From positions 1 to 64,000 of the forward strand of contig CAWBHS010000043.1 of the NCBI GenBank assembly GCA_963788655.1: 64,000 bases of DNA, given 5' to 3'. Below the pieces are notes generated by a model. That model did no database searches. It was not told the DNA's origin and was given only the letters and a program-made list of their open reading frames with translations. This document shows, in pieces, positions 32,101-45,279 of this stretch (within the stretch, counting starts at the first letter, position 1; every line of letters starts with the position of its first letter). This stretch comes from an uncultured Verrucomicrobiae bacterium (lineage in GTDB: Bacteria > Verrucomicrobiota > Verrucomicrobiia > Limisphaerales > JAFGQR01). Both the position numbers and the translations under genes were made by a program.

Positions 32101-32907
32101 GTCAACTTCGCCGCCGGCGATGCCCTCGCCACCGCCGGACAGGTCCTCTATATCCCCATCACCGCCAAGATCTTCGGCGACTACCCGCTGCGCGTGTTGA
32201 TGCTCAACCTGAGCGTCCAGCCGCTCGACGGCTCCCCTGCCCTTACCAGCCCCGTGCAGTTCACGCCCAACGTGGCCCTGGGCTCGCCCACCATGTCTTC
32301 CTCGACCGGCAACGGCAATTACGCCGGCACCTGGCTCAACAGCGGCATCGGCGGCCTCACCGGCAACGCCACTCTCGGCACCCTGCGGGTGATCATACCT
32401 GCTGCGGCCCCGAGCAGCGCTGCTTACGCCATCCACTTCGACCATGCCTCGGGTTCGCCCAATGGCATCGGTTCGTTCCCCAAACAGACCCTCACCGGCC
32501 TGATCCTGCTCTCCGACCGCTCGGGCTCGAGCTTCAACGACGGCATCCCCGACTCCTGGCGCCTGCGCTACTTCGGCTCCGTCAACAACATGCTCTCGCA
32601 GGCTGCCGCCGATGCCGACGGCGACCGCGCCAATAGCTGGCAGGAATACATCGCCGGCACCGACCCCACCGATGCCAAGTCCTTGCTCAGCGTCGCGACC
32701 GCCCAAGCCAACGCCCAGCAGAGTCAGGACTGTGTCATCCGCTGGCCTAGCGTCAGTGGCAAGCAATACACCATTGAGCGCGCCGCCAGCCTCTTCGGCG
32801 CCCCCTGGTCTCCGGTCGGCAACACCACCGGCACCGGCGGCACCATGGAATTTCACGACCTGAACAGCGGCAACCTCCGGTTCTACCGCGTCCAGGTGAC
32901 GCCGTAA
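29159..32907 (+). CDS. Large secreted protein: NHL propeller, poly-Pro linker, Fn3-like, cohesin-like and dockerin-like segments, C-terminal FYRV domain (indel near 30740)
   Basis: Signal peptide; FHTPIGLALD, FNQPYGLA, EPRGV NHL repeats; YTLDGSDP; DGIPDSWR..YFG, DADGD..EYIAGTDP; ends RFYRVQVTP. Confidence 0.8.
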
Positions 32908-32934
32908 CTCTGTCCCGGGCTAACGGCCTTTCTT

Positions 32935-32972
32935 CAGCGGCGCATTCCTCCGGAATGCGCCGCTGTCTTCTT
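32935..32972 (+). terminator. Intrinsic terminator-like hairpin
   Basis: CAGCGGCGCATTCC-tcc-GGAATGCGCCGCTG, a perfect 14-bp stem followed by TCTTCTT, 28 bp after the stop. Confidence 0.7.
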
Positions 32973-33001
32973 CCACCGGATAGCCACGCCGAGATATCTG
33001 A

Positions 33002-33050
33002 GGCTTACCGGTGGCTTACCGGTGGCTTGGCGGTGGCTTGGCGGTGGCTA
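33002..33050. repeat. 11-bp tandem repeat (GGTGGCTTACC / GGTGGCTTGGC), about 4.5 units
   Basis: ggcttaccggtggcttaccggtggcttggcggtggcttggcggtggcta. Confidence 0.85.
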
Positions 33051-33261
33051 CCCTGTGAGGGGGAGGCGCGGTGTCCATATTCTGGACACTTACACACTCT
33101 CCTCCCCTCCGGCGAACCCCCGGTCCGGAGTGTCCTTGACACTTCCGGGGTCATAAGTGGGGCCGATGCAACCACGGGTGCCGGAGGGGGGAGCTGGGCG
33201 TGCCGTGGATGCACCGCGGTGGCAGGAAACGTTCCCCGCCTGTGCCTGGTTGAGGATACCC

Positions 33262-33559
33262 CTACCCTGCCGCCTGCCGGAGGTATTCGAAGGAATAGAG
33301 GCCGGTCGCGTGCCCATCCGCCCAGACGGGTTGCAGGGCGTAGCGTTCCCACCCGTTCGAGGCGCACCAACCGAAATGCTGCTGCCGTCAGCGGACGTTC
33401 CGGGTTCTTGTACAGGTTGCCCATCACGTCCATCTCGCCTTTGCAATCCGCGCAAGGGCAGGCCCGCCGCAGCTTCTCCAGGGTGATGAAGCTCTCGCTG
33501 CCGTCATCCCACTTGATGGCCAGCTCCTCGCCAATCTGTTGCACATCCACCGGCGGCAT
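33262..33559 (-). CDS. DUF971 / GBBH-like N-terminal domain protein
   Basis: LAIKWDDG, LRRACPCADC; after an indel GYALQPVWADGHATGLYSFEYL. Confidence 0.85.
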
Positions 33560-33564
33560 ACGCG

Positions 33565-34723
33565 TCACATCAGTTCGATAACCCGCCCCAGCTCCGCGTC
33601 TGTGTTGTAAAAGTGAGGCGACACCCGGATATACTTCTGCCCCGTCCGATCCCCCCGCAATGACGTCACCACTCCTGCGTCCGTCAGCTTCTGGTGCAGC
33701 GCCGCCAGGTCCGATCCGGGCCGGTGAAACGAGACGATGCCGCTGGCGGCCTCAGGCGGCGCGTCCGGCTGCAGGACCGTGCAGCCCTTGGCCTGCAAGG
33801 CCGGCACCAGCCACGCCCGCTTGCGCAACAGCTCGCGCGCGATGTTCTCCACGCCCAGTTCCAGGAGCAGCTCCATCGCGCCACCAGCCCGACGATGCCC
33901 GGCAGGTTAAAGCTGCCGGCTTCGTAGCGCCGTGCGTCCGGGCGGATGGACGATCTGGTCCTGCGCGACGAAGTTCGGGCAACGCACGTTGTGCCAGCCG
34001 TAACATCGGCGGATTGAGCAGCTCCTGCGATTCCTGGCGCACGTAGAGCATCCCCGCCGCGCACGGACCGAGCAGCCATTTGTGCGCGTCGGCGGCCAGA
34101 AAATCGACGTACTCGACGTTCATCGGAAACGCACCCAGCGTCTGGATGGCGTCGAGGCAGAAGAGAATCCCCCGCTCGCGCAAGTGCCTTGCCGATCGCC
34201 TCGACAGTCGATCCGCCAGCCGCTGATGAAATGGCACGAAGCCAGCGCCACCAGCGCGGTGTTCTCGTCCACTTGCCCGAGCACATCGATTTCGCGGATG
34301 CCACCCAGCTGCTCGATGTTGATCAGCCGGACCTCCACGCCTTTCTCCGCCAGCGCCATCCACGGATAAACGTTGGACGGGTAATCATCGTAAGTAGATG
34401 AGCACGTTTCGCCTGCCGGCGGAACGTCAGACCGCCGGCGATGAAACTCAACGCCAGCGACGTCGGCCCGACAAGCGCCACTTCGTTCATTTCGGCCGAT
34501 TCAGCAATTGCGCCGCCGAGCTTGCGCCCCGCTCCTTCATCTGCCGGATAGACAAAGCTTCTCCTGGTCATCGGTGGCGGCCTGCGGCGTGGTCCGCGAT
34601 CGCGTCGGAAACACGTCGGGGCAACGGGCAAACCGCCGCATGGGCAAGGAAGATCTTGTCCCGGGTCACGGGAAATTCGTGCCGGCGCAGCTCTTCGTTG
34701 CTGAGAATCTCGGCTAAGGTCAT
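33565..34723 (-). CDS. Class V PLP aminotransferase / cysteine desulfurase-like protein, frameshifted
   Basis: RHEFPV..KIFLAHAA, DYPSNVYPW, LDAIQTLGAFP, AADAHKWLLGP, RYEAGS, IRVSPHFYN. Confidence 0.87.
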
Positions 34724-34860
34724 CCCTCGAAGCTATGCATTTATGCCCGCGCTGCAAGGTCGGAAAACTGTGCGGGGTGCAGGCGTCTTAGCCTTGTCTT
34801 GGACGCCGGCAAGTGCGAAGCTAGAACGCTTAACCCAGAGTAACGAAAGGAATAGACACA

Positions 34861-36020
34861 ATGAGCGGCCAAAGCTTCATGGATGCAATACAGGAATGGA
34901 TGCGCCACCACGCGCTGAGCGTGACGGTGATAGTGGTGGTTACCATCGTGGCCCTCAAGGTGGCCGCGGTGCTGAACCGGAAACTGTTTGCCAAGGTGTT
35001 CAAGGACAAACCGGACGAGGATTCGCAGAAGCTGGCGCACACGGTCACGACCGCCGTGCATTGGGTGGTAACGATTGCCATCCTGGCAGTGGCCGGGAGC
35101 GTCCTGCTCAACGAGATCGGCGTGAGCATGCAGCGGGTGTTCAACCGGGCGCTGGACTGGCTGGTGAGCAACGGCCTGGGCATCGCGATTATCGTGGCCA
35201 TCATGTTCGTCGCCTTGAAAGCCGCCACCCTGCTGGCCGCCAAGCTGGGGACCTTCCTGAACCGCGACAAGCTGGACAACGAGTCGCAGAAGCGCGCCGA
35301 CACGCTCAGTTCGGTGATCCGCTGGGTCATGCGCACAGGGATCCTGCTCGTGGCCGCCGTGATGCTTCTGGGCAAACTCGGCGTCCAAATCGGGCCGATC
35401 ATTGCCGCCGCCGGCATCGTGGGCTTGGCCGTCGGCTTTGGCGCGCAGAACCTGGTGCAGGACGTGATCAGCGGCTTCTTCATGCTGCTGGAAGACCAGG
35501 TGCGCGTGGGCGACGTGGTCAGTCTGAATGACAAGGGCGGTCTGGTGGAACAAGATCACCCTGCGGATGATCATCCTGCGCGATCTGGCCGGCAACGTTC
35601 ACTACGTCCGCAACGGCCAGATCGACCGTCGTGACCAACATGACCAAGGAATACTCCCGCTACGTCTTCGAAATCGGCGTGGCTTACCGCGAAGACACGG
35701 ACGAGGTCATCAAGGTGGTCGAGGCGGTGGACAAGGAATCCGTGCAGGACGATGCCAACTTCAAGGACGATATCCTGGCGCCGATCGAGAGTCGTCGGCG
35801 TGGACAAGTTCGCCGACTCGGCGGTCGTGATCAAGGCCCGCATCATGACCAAGCCGATTCAGCAATGGCGCATGGGCCGGGAGTTCAACCGTCGCCTCAA
35901 GAACAAGTTCGACGAGCTGGGCATCGAAATCCCGTTCCCGCACATCACGCTCTATCCGGGCAAGGACAAGAAGAACGATTCCCCACGCTCAAGGTCGAGG
36001 TCCAGGGCGACGGGCGCTAA
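34861..36020 (+). CDS. mscS: MscS-family mechanosensitive channel, frameshifted
   Basis: AAAGIVGLAVGFGAQNLVQDVISGFF, EDQVRVGD, GVAYRED, FADSAV, GIEIPFP. Confidence 0.9.
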
Positions 36021-36082
36021 GCGATCCGCCTAGGCGGCCATGCGGGCATACTGAGCAGACCGCAGGATGCGCGACAAAACCG

Positions 36083-37996
36083 ATAGGGGTAGGGACAAGG
36101 GGTTGAACCTTGCCCCTCCCTCCGAACCGGACAGGCGGGTCTCCCGCATCCGGCTCTCCGGTCAGTGGGTTCGCATCGCTGCGATTGTCCGCGTCCACTC
36201 GTGTTCTGCCGCCAAACTCAGCAGCCCACGGTGGGCAAACCATTCATTGGGCCAGCGGTGATGGGCCGCCCCAATCCCTTTGCCCCGCCCATCGCGCCGC
36301 CATTGCAGCAGGCTGCTGCAGCCTCCGCCGCACATAGCCGTCCACCCCGTGAACGTGTTCGCCTGGCTGTGCTGGAAATATCCATACCAGCCCCGCAGGG
36401 TCCGGTTCAGCGTCGGCCAATGATGGCCTGGAGGTTCCGCCCTTCCAACCGCGAGGTCTGCTCCCGCACCCGGTCTTTGAGCTTCTGGAGGCTCTTGGAG
36501 CGCGGCCATTTCATGCCCCGCTCGAAGTGATACCCCAGGAAGTCAAACCCTCCGGGCTGCGTCGCGTCCACGATCCGCGTCTTCTCGGGATGCAAGCGTC
36601 AGTCCTGCCTCGCTCACCCATGCCTTCACCGCCGCTAAGGCGGCATGCGCCTCGGCGGCGCTGCGACACAGGATCACGAAGTCGTCCGCATAGCGCACCA
36701 GCTCCCATCCCTGCCCGGCCATCTGGTGGTCCAGCGGGTTAAGATACAGGTTGGCCAGCAGCGGACTGATCACGCCCGCCTTGCGGCGTGCCTCGCTCGG
36801 TGGGCTGCCAGCCTTTGGCTCTCCTCCAGCACCCCGGCGCGCAGGAAACTTTCCACCAGCGCCAGCACCCGCCCGTCGGCCACGCGCTGTTTTACCAGCG
36901 CCAGTCAGCCGTTCGTGCGGGATGGTGTCGAAGTAGCTTTTCAGGTCGGCATCCACCACCCAGTCCTGACCCGCTCCGGAGCAGCGTGTCCACCCGCCGC
37001 AGCGCGTCCTTGGCCCCGCGTCCCCGGTCGGAAGCCGTAGCTCTGCTCGGCAAAGTCCGTCTCGAAGATCGGTTCCAATACGTGCCGCAGCGCCCCTTGC
37101 ACCGTGCGGTCGCGCACCGCCGGTATGCCCAGCGGTCGCTGCTCGGCTGCTGCCGGGCTTGGCCATCCAAGCCCGCCGTACCGGTTGCGGCCGATACGTC
37201 CCCTCCCGCAGTTGTTCGTGCAGTCGCTGGAGCTCTGCCTCCGCGTGCCGCGCGAAATGTCCCACGGTTTGGGCGTCCGCCCCCGCGCTCCCGCCGTTGC
37301 GCCACACCTTGTGAAAGGCGCTTTGCAGATTGGCGGGCGCATAGATCTTGTCCACCAGCGCGAACCAGACCCGGTTTGCTGGCTCACCACTCGTGAGCCG
37401 CCTCAACATGCGCTCCGTCCAGACACTCCGTTCCACCCATCCCCATCGGTCCAGGGCTTCTCCGGCTTGCGTAGGCGGCCTTGCTGCCGCCACTGGCGCC
37501 AGTTTGTCTTCGTCGTTCTGTTGCTTCACGCATCCACTTTCCTGCGTCCCTTCGCTCCACGGTCGTTACCCGCTTCCTCGCTACTACGGACGCTCTGACT
37601 CCCGCCGGGCGGTTCTTCGGGCCACTGCGGCCATGAACGCCGCTTTGGCCCCGGCGGGCCTCCCTGATTACGGTCGCAGGGACTTCCGGCCATTCCGTCT
37701 CCAACCATCGGCGCGTCGTCCGGGGGCTCGCCCGGATGTCCGGCGTTTCGGCTCCTCGCCTATCGCCCGCGCTACAGGCTTCGCCACTCACTCGAAGGCT
37801 CGCCCGCCCACGCCGACCGAATCGAGTTCACGGCGGACTGCCCTCCCGGAGCCGTCTGTGTTACGGACTGGTCGTTCTCGTTCCGTTGCTCTCCACCCCG
37901 CCTCGCGGCGACGCAGTTACGGTTCGATACCTCACGGCTCTTCGCCGCAAGGGAACGGACTCTCACCGTTCTGTCTCCACGCCCTCTCAGGCGCAC
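36083..37996 (-). mobile_element. Group II intron, complete, with RT/maturase ORF
   Basis: 5' end GTGCG at 37996; domain V GAGCCGGATGCGGGAGACCCGCCTGTCCGGTTC (AGC triad); domain VI ending CCCCTAT at 36083. Confidence 0.92.
36162..37529 (-). CDS. ltrA: Group II intron reverse transcriptase/maturase, no endonuclease domain, frameshifted
   Basis: [68 protein letters not shown]. Confidence 0.92.
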
Positions 37997-38063
37997 GAGC
38001 GCGGACATTCTTGTCCGCTTCGGGGGCAACGGGCGGCTGGGCGGACAGGAATGTCCGCGCTCC
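37997..38063. repeat. REP-like inverted repeat forming the 5' exon of the intron
   Basis: GAGCGCGGACATTCTTGTCCGC-N22-GCGGACAGGAATGTCCGCGCTCC; each arm is itself palindromic. Confidence 0.85.
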
Positions 38064-38240
38064 TGCAAGAAACTGAGATGCCCCCTTGATGGAAGCGGAG
38101 TGCAGTTTCTGCTTGGTTGCTTTCTGGTGCGGCATTACCCTGAACACGAGACAAAGCTAAGTCGTGCAACCTCGAACCCACCTTTGGACTAGTGTGCGGG
38201 GGGAGGTGAGACGCGTCTCGTCGTAACTGGAACAAGGATC

Positions 38241-40918
38241 ATGAAGCAGAAATCGAGAGCGGAACGCGGGCCGAGCGGCTGCGGCCACGATGCTCGCCAA
38301 CAAACACGCCCTCCGCGGGCGAGCGGTTCCATGGCCATCGTCGGCATCGGCGCCTCCGCCGGCGGGCTGGAGGCGCTGGAGCATTTCCTGGGGCACGTGC
38401 CGGCGGGCAGCGGCATGGCGTTCGTCATCGTCCAGCATCTGGACCCGACGCACAAGGGCATCATGCCCGAACTGCTCCAGCGCACCACCGGCATGAAGGT
38501 GATCCAGGTCAAGGATCGCACCCGGGTGCAGCCGGACTGCGTCTATGTGATCCCGCCGAACAAGGACATGTCGATCCTGCACGGCGTGCTGCACCTGCTC
38601 GAACCGGCGGCGCCGCGCGGACTGCGCCTGCCGATCGATTTCTTCCTCCGCTCGCTGGCGCAGGACCAGCAGGAGCAGAGCATCGGCGTGATCCTCTCGG
38701 GCATGGGCTCCGACGGCACGCTGGGCCTGCGGGCCATCAAGGAGAAGGCGGGCGTGGTGCTGGTGCAGGAGCCGGCGTCGGCCAAGTTCGACGGCATGCC
38801 GCGCAGCGCCATTGACGCCGGGCTGGCGGACATCGTGGCCCCGGCGGAGGAGCTGCCCGGCAAGATCCTCGCCTATCTGCAGCGCACTCCGCTGGTCGCC
38901 CAGCCCGAACCGGCCGCTGGAAGACAAGGCGCAGAGCGCCCTGGAAAAGGTCGTCATCCTGCTGCGCGCCCAGACGGGCCACGACTTTTCGCTCTACAAG
39001 AAGAACACCCTCTACCGCCGGATCGAGCGGCGCATGGGCATCCACCAGATTGACAAGATCGCCGCCTACGTCCGGTACCTGCAGGAGAACTCCGCAGGAG
39101 CTGGATCTGCTGTTCAAGGAGCTGTTGATCGGCGTGACGAGCTTCTTCCGCGATCCCGGCGGCGTGGGAGCAGTTGACGAGACGAGGTCATCCCGGCGCT
39201 GCTGGCGAGCCGGCCGGCCGGCCAGGCGCTGCGGGCCTGGGTGCCCGGCTGCTCGACCGGGCGAGGAGGCCTATTCCCTGGCCATGGTGTTCAAGGAGGC
39301 GATGGAGCAAGCTCAAGCCCGCGGAAGAGTCTACGCTGCAGATCTTCGCCACCGACCTGGACCGGGACGCCATCGACAAGGCCCGCCAGGGCGTCTTCCC
39401 GGCCAACATCGCCGCCGACGTGTCGCCGGAGCGGCTGAGCCGGTTCTTCGTCAAGGAGGAGCGACGGCTACCGGGTGCGCAAGGAGATCCGGGAGATGGT
39501 GATCTTTGCCCCGCAGAACCTCATCATGGACCCGCCCTTCACCAAGCTGGACATCCTGAGCTGCCGCAACCTGCTGATCTACCTGACGCCGGAGATGCAG
39601 AAGAAGCTCATCCCGCTGTTCCACTACAGCCTGAATCCCGGCGGCATCCTGTTTCTGGGCAGCGCGGAGACCATCGGCGGCTTCACCGACCTGTTCGCCC
39701 CGCTGGACGGCAAGGCGCGGCTCTTCCGGCGGACGCGAGTCCGCGCTGCCGGCCGGAGCCGGTCGAGTTTCCCTCCTCGTTTGCCGCCGGCTCCGCCGGA
39801 CGTGCCGGAGCGCCGCACGGCGCCGAAACCGCCGGCCAGCCTCCAGTCGCTGGCGGACCAGTTGGTCCTGCAGCACTACTGCCCCGCCGGCCGTGCTGGT
39901 CAACGACAAGGGCGACATCCTCTACATCAGCGGCCGGACGGGCAAGTACCTGGAGCCGGCCGCCGGCAAGGCCAACTGGAACATTTTTGCCATGGCCCGC
40001 GAGGGGCTGCGCTACGAACTGACCGGCGCCTTCCAGAAGGCGCTCCGGCAGAAGGGCACGGTGACGCTGCAAGAACGTGAAGGTCGGGACCAACGGCGGC
40101 GACGCAGTCCGTGGACCTCACCGTCCAGCGCGCTCGACGAGCCGGAGCCGCTGCGGGGCATGGTGATGATCGTCTTTACCGACGTGGCCGCGCCTCCGGA
40201 CACCAAGACGCCGGGCCGACGCCGAACAGGCGCCTGCGCACAGCCGCGCGGCTGGCGGAACTGGAGCGGAACTCCAGCAGGCCCGCGAGGAGTTGCAGAC
40301 CACCCGCGAAGAGATGCAGACCTCGCAGGAGGAACTCAAGTCCACCAACGAGGAACTGCAGTCCACCAACGAGGAACTCCAGTCCACCAACGAGGAACTG
40401 ACCACCTCCAAGGAGGAGATGCAGTCGCTGAACGAGGAACTGCAGACGGTCAACCACGAGCTGCAGGCCAAGGTGGACGAGCTGTCGCCGGCCAACAACG
40501 ACATGAAGAACCTGCTCAACAGCACGGACATCGCCACCGTTGTTCCTGGACAACGACCTCCAGCGTGCGCCGGTTCACCACCCAGGCGACCAAGATCATC
40601 AAGCTGATCCCGGGCGACGTGGGCCGGCCGATCACCGATCTCGCCTCCGACCTGCTCTACCCGGAACTGGCCGACGACGCGCGCGAGGTGCTGCGGACGC
40701 TGGTCTCTGTCGAAAAACAGGTCACCGCGCGCGACGGGCGCTGGTTCACGGTGCGCATCATGCCCTACCGCACGCTGGACGACCGGATCGACGGCGTGGT
40801 GATCACCTTCGCGGATATCACCGCCGCCAAGACGCTGGAAGCGGAGTTGCGGGAGAAGCAAGCCAGTTTGGAAGAGCGCGTGGCAACCCAAGCCGTGAAA
40901 CTGAGCCGGCGAAAATGA
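38241..40918 (+). CDS. CheB-CheR-PAS fusion protein, frameshifted
   Basis: [63 protein letters not shown] coiled coil, PAS (RIMPYRT). Confidence 0.9.
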
Positions 40919-42349
40919 AACGCGGCGCAGCGCATGCCGACCCCGCCAGGCGGAAGAAGCCGATTGCTACCGGCACTGCGGCCGACCTGCGCCGACGCGC
41001 CGAAGCCCGGCTGCAGAAGCAGCGTCGGCACCCTGGCACATTCCGGAAAGGCGCCGACGCCGAGCGACTCCTCCATGAGTTGCAGGTCCACCAAATCGAA
41101 CTGGAGATGCAGAACGCAGAGCTGAGCCGCGCGCACGGGGAAGCCGCCGCGAGCGCCGAGAAGCTTTCCGATCTCTACGACTTTGCCCCACTGGGGTATG
41201 TGACCTTGGACGACGCGGCCAGGATCGGGGAACTTAACCTCACCGCTGCCAGGCTGCTGGGCAAGCCGCGGGCGCAACTGGTCGGCACACCATTTGTGAA
41301 CTGGGTAGCGCGGCGGGACCGGGACGCCCTTCGGCGGCATTTACAGGCTGCCTTCGCGACGGAGAGTGAAGCTACGGGAGAAGTGGACCTCTGTGTGGGA
41401 GGGGGGCGCGTTGTGCCGGTCCAGCTTTGCACGGTTTATCGCCGACCGGAGTCAGGCCAGAAGCCACATTATCGGACTGCGCTCACCGATATAACCGAGC
41501 TCAAACGTTCGGGGGAGGAAATCCGCAAACTCAACGCGCAGCTGGAAGAGCGGGTCGCCGCGCGCACGGCGGAGATTGCGGCTTTGCTGGAGCAGTCGCG
41601 GCAGATGCAGGAACAGTTGCGGCATCTGTCCCACCTGGTGCTGCGGGCGCAGGAGGAGGAGCGAAAGCGCATCAGCCGCGAGCTCCATGATCAAGTGGCC
41701 CAAACCCTGATTTGTATTAATCTCGATCTCCTGGCCCTGGCCCGGGAGCCGGGGGTTCAGCCCGGGACCCTCAAGCAGCGAATCGCGCGGACACGACGGC
41801 TCGTGGAAGAATCGGTGAACTCTCTGCATCGGTTCACCCGCGAATTGCGCCCGGCAATGCTCGACGATCTCGGCTTGATTCCCGCCCTTCATGCCTACCT
41901 GAAAGACCTGGCGAGACGGACGGGCCTCCGGGTTCGCTTCACAGGCTTTCGCGGGGGTGGAACAATTGAACAACACCGACCGTACGGTGCTCTATCGAGT
42001 CGCGCAGGCCGCGCTCACCAATGTCGCCCGCCACGCGAAGGCCAGCCGGGCCGAAGTGCGAATTCAGAAATGCCCGGAGCGGTCCGCCTCGAAATCGAGG
42101 ACAACGGCAACGGTTTCAGCGTGGAACCGGCTTGCTCGCCAAAAGCACAAACACCTGGGGCTCCTGGGAATGAAAGAGCGGGTGGAGATGGCTGGCGGCG
42201 TTTTCAGCCTTCAATCCGCGCCCCGCGAGGGCACGACTATCCGCGCGGAGATCCCTCTCGACAAAGGCGATGAGGGGGGGCGCCCCACGGGACCTCCTGA
42301 AGCCGTTCGCCGAAGTCGCCATGAAGCCAATCACCGTCCTGCTGGTTGA
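40915..42349 (+). CDS. PAS domain NarX-type (HisKA_3) histidine kinase
   Basis: HELQVHQIELEMQN, DLYDFAPLGY, QEEERKRISRELHD, LRPAMLDDLGL, EDNGNGF, LGLLGMKER. Confidence 0.88.
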
Positions 42350-42999
42350 GGACCACATGATCGTTCGCGAGGGTCTCCGGGCCTTGTTGGAGGCCGAAGG
42401 CGACCTCAAGATCGTTGCCGAAGCGGAAACCGGCCGCCGAGGCGGTCGAGCTGACCCGGAAACTGCGTCCCGCGGTGGTGGTCATGGACATCGCGATGCC
42501 GGTGCTCAATGGGTTGGAGGCTACGCGGCAAATCCTCAAAGATGTCCCTGCCACCAGGTGCTCATCCTCTCCGCGCACAGGGATGACGCCTACATCGAAC
42601 AGGTGACGGCGCTGGGCGCGGCTGGATACTTGCTCAAGCAAAGCTCCTGGCCGATCTTGCCGCGCGCCATTCGGCAAGTCCAGGAAAGGAAGAGAATTTT
42701 TCAGCCCCTCCATTCCAAGCGCATGCGCAGACCGGACCAGAAGTCGCATGCACGCCGAGGAAACTTGCAACGGGACATCGGCGGCTGAGTTCCCGCGAGC
42801 TGGAGGTGCTGCAACTGGTCGCCGAAGGCGAGCCCAACAAGCAAGTCGCCGCCGAACTGGGCGTCAGCGATCAAGACGGTCGACAAACACCGCGCAGCAT
42901 ATCATGGCGAAGCTGAACATCCACGACATCGCCGGCCTCACCCGCTACGCCATCGCCGCGGGCCTTATTGAAAGCAGGTCCACGGTAACCGTCCTCTAG
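42321..42999 (+). CDS. NarL/LuxR-family response regulator, frameshifted
   Basis: LVEDHMIVREGL, MDIAMP, GYLLK, LSSRELEVLQLVAEG, KLNIHDIAGLTRYAI. Confidence 0.88.
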
Positions 43000-43056
43000 C
43001 CGCGCCGGCCAGGCCGTAGGTGCTAACCAGGAGGATGAGCGGGAAGAAGAACCGGA

Positions 43057-43089
43057 TGGCGGAGCCAAGGGGTTCGAACCCCTGACCTC
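43057..43089 (-). other. 3' fragment of a tRNA (Ala-like), putative att site
   Basis: GAGGTCAGGGGTTCGAACCCCTTGGCTCCGCCA is a T-arm plus acceptor strand plus CCA; no D or anticodon arm upstream. Confidence 0.7.
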
Positions 43090-43220
43090 ATAAATCCCAA
43101 ACAGAGACACACGCGATCTCAAACCGAGCGGTAGCCTTTCACGCCCTGGCGATCTTATTTGAGTCGCGCCGGCGCAGAGCGTGGCAATCTGTTCTAGATT
43201 CACTGAATTGCATGCATGCG

Positions 43221-45180
<1,960 letters not shown>

Positions 45181-45279
45181 CCGCCGGTAAGCCACAGCCC
45201 CTCCCACCGTCCGGGGGCGCTGAAGGGGTCCCGGACGATAAGTCAGGCTGTTGCAACCGGGGGGTGCAGGCGGGGAATG

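Noticed and set aside
28908..33050. CRISPR array in the 63-bp or 11-bp repeats
   Set aside because: These are head-to-tail repeats with no unique spacers and no cas genes; the 63-bp repeat is coding.
36162..37529. RT as a retron, DGR or defence RT, with the duplicated segments as template/variable repeats
   Set aside because: Clear group II intron ends, domain V/VI and a maturase region; differences between duplicates are not confined to adenines.
40337..40445. 21-bp repeats (TCCACCAACGAGGAACTGCAG)
   Set aside because: This is the standard TNEELQS coiled coil of CheB/CheR fusions.
43057..43130. Complete tRNA gene
   Set aside because: No D arm, anticodon arm or 5' acceptor strand; kept only as a fragment.
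45231..45258. dif-like Xer site (…GATAA-N6-…GCAACC), also at 33146-33173
   Set aside because: The putative XerD arm lacks TTATG; kept only as part of the dispersed element.
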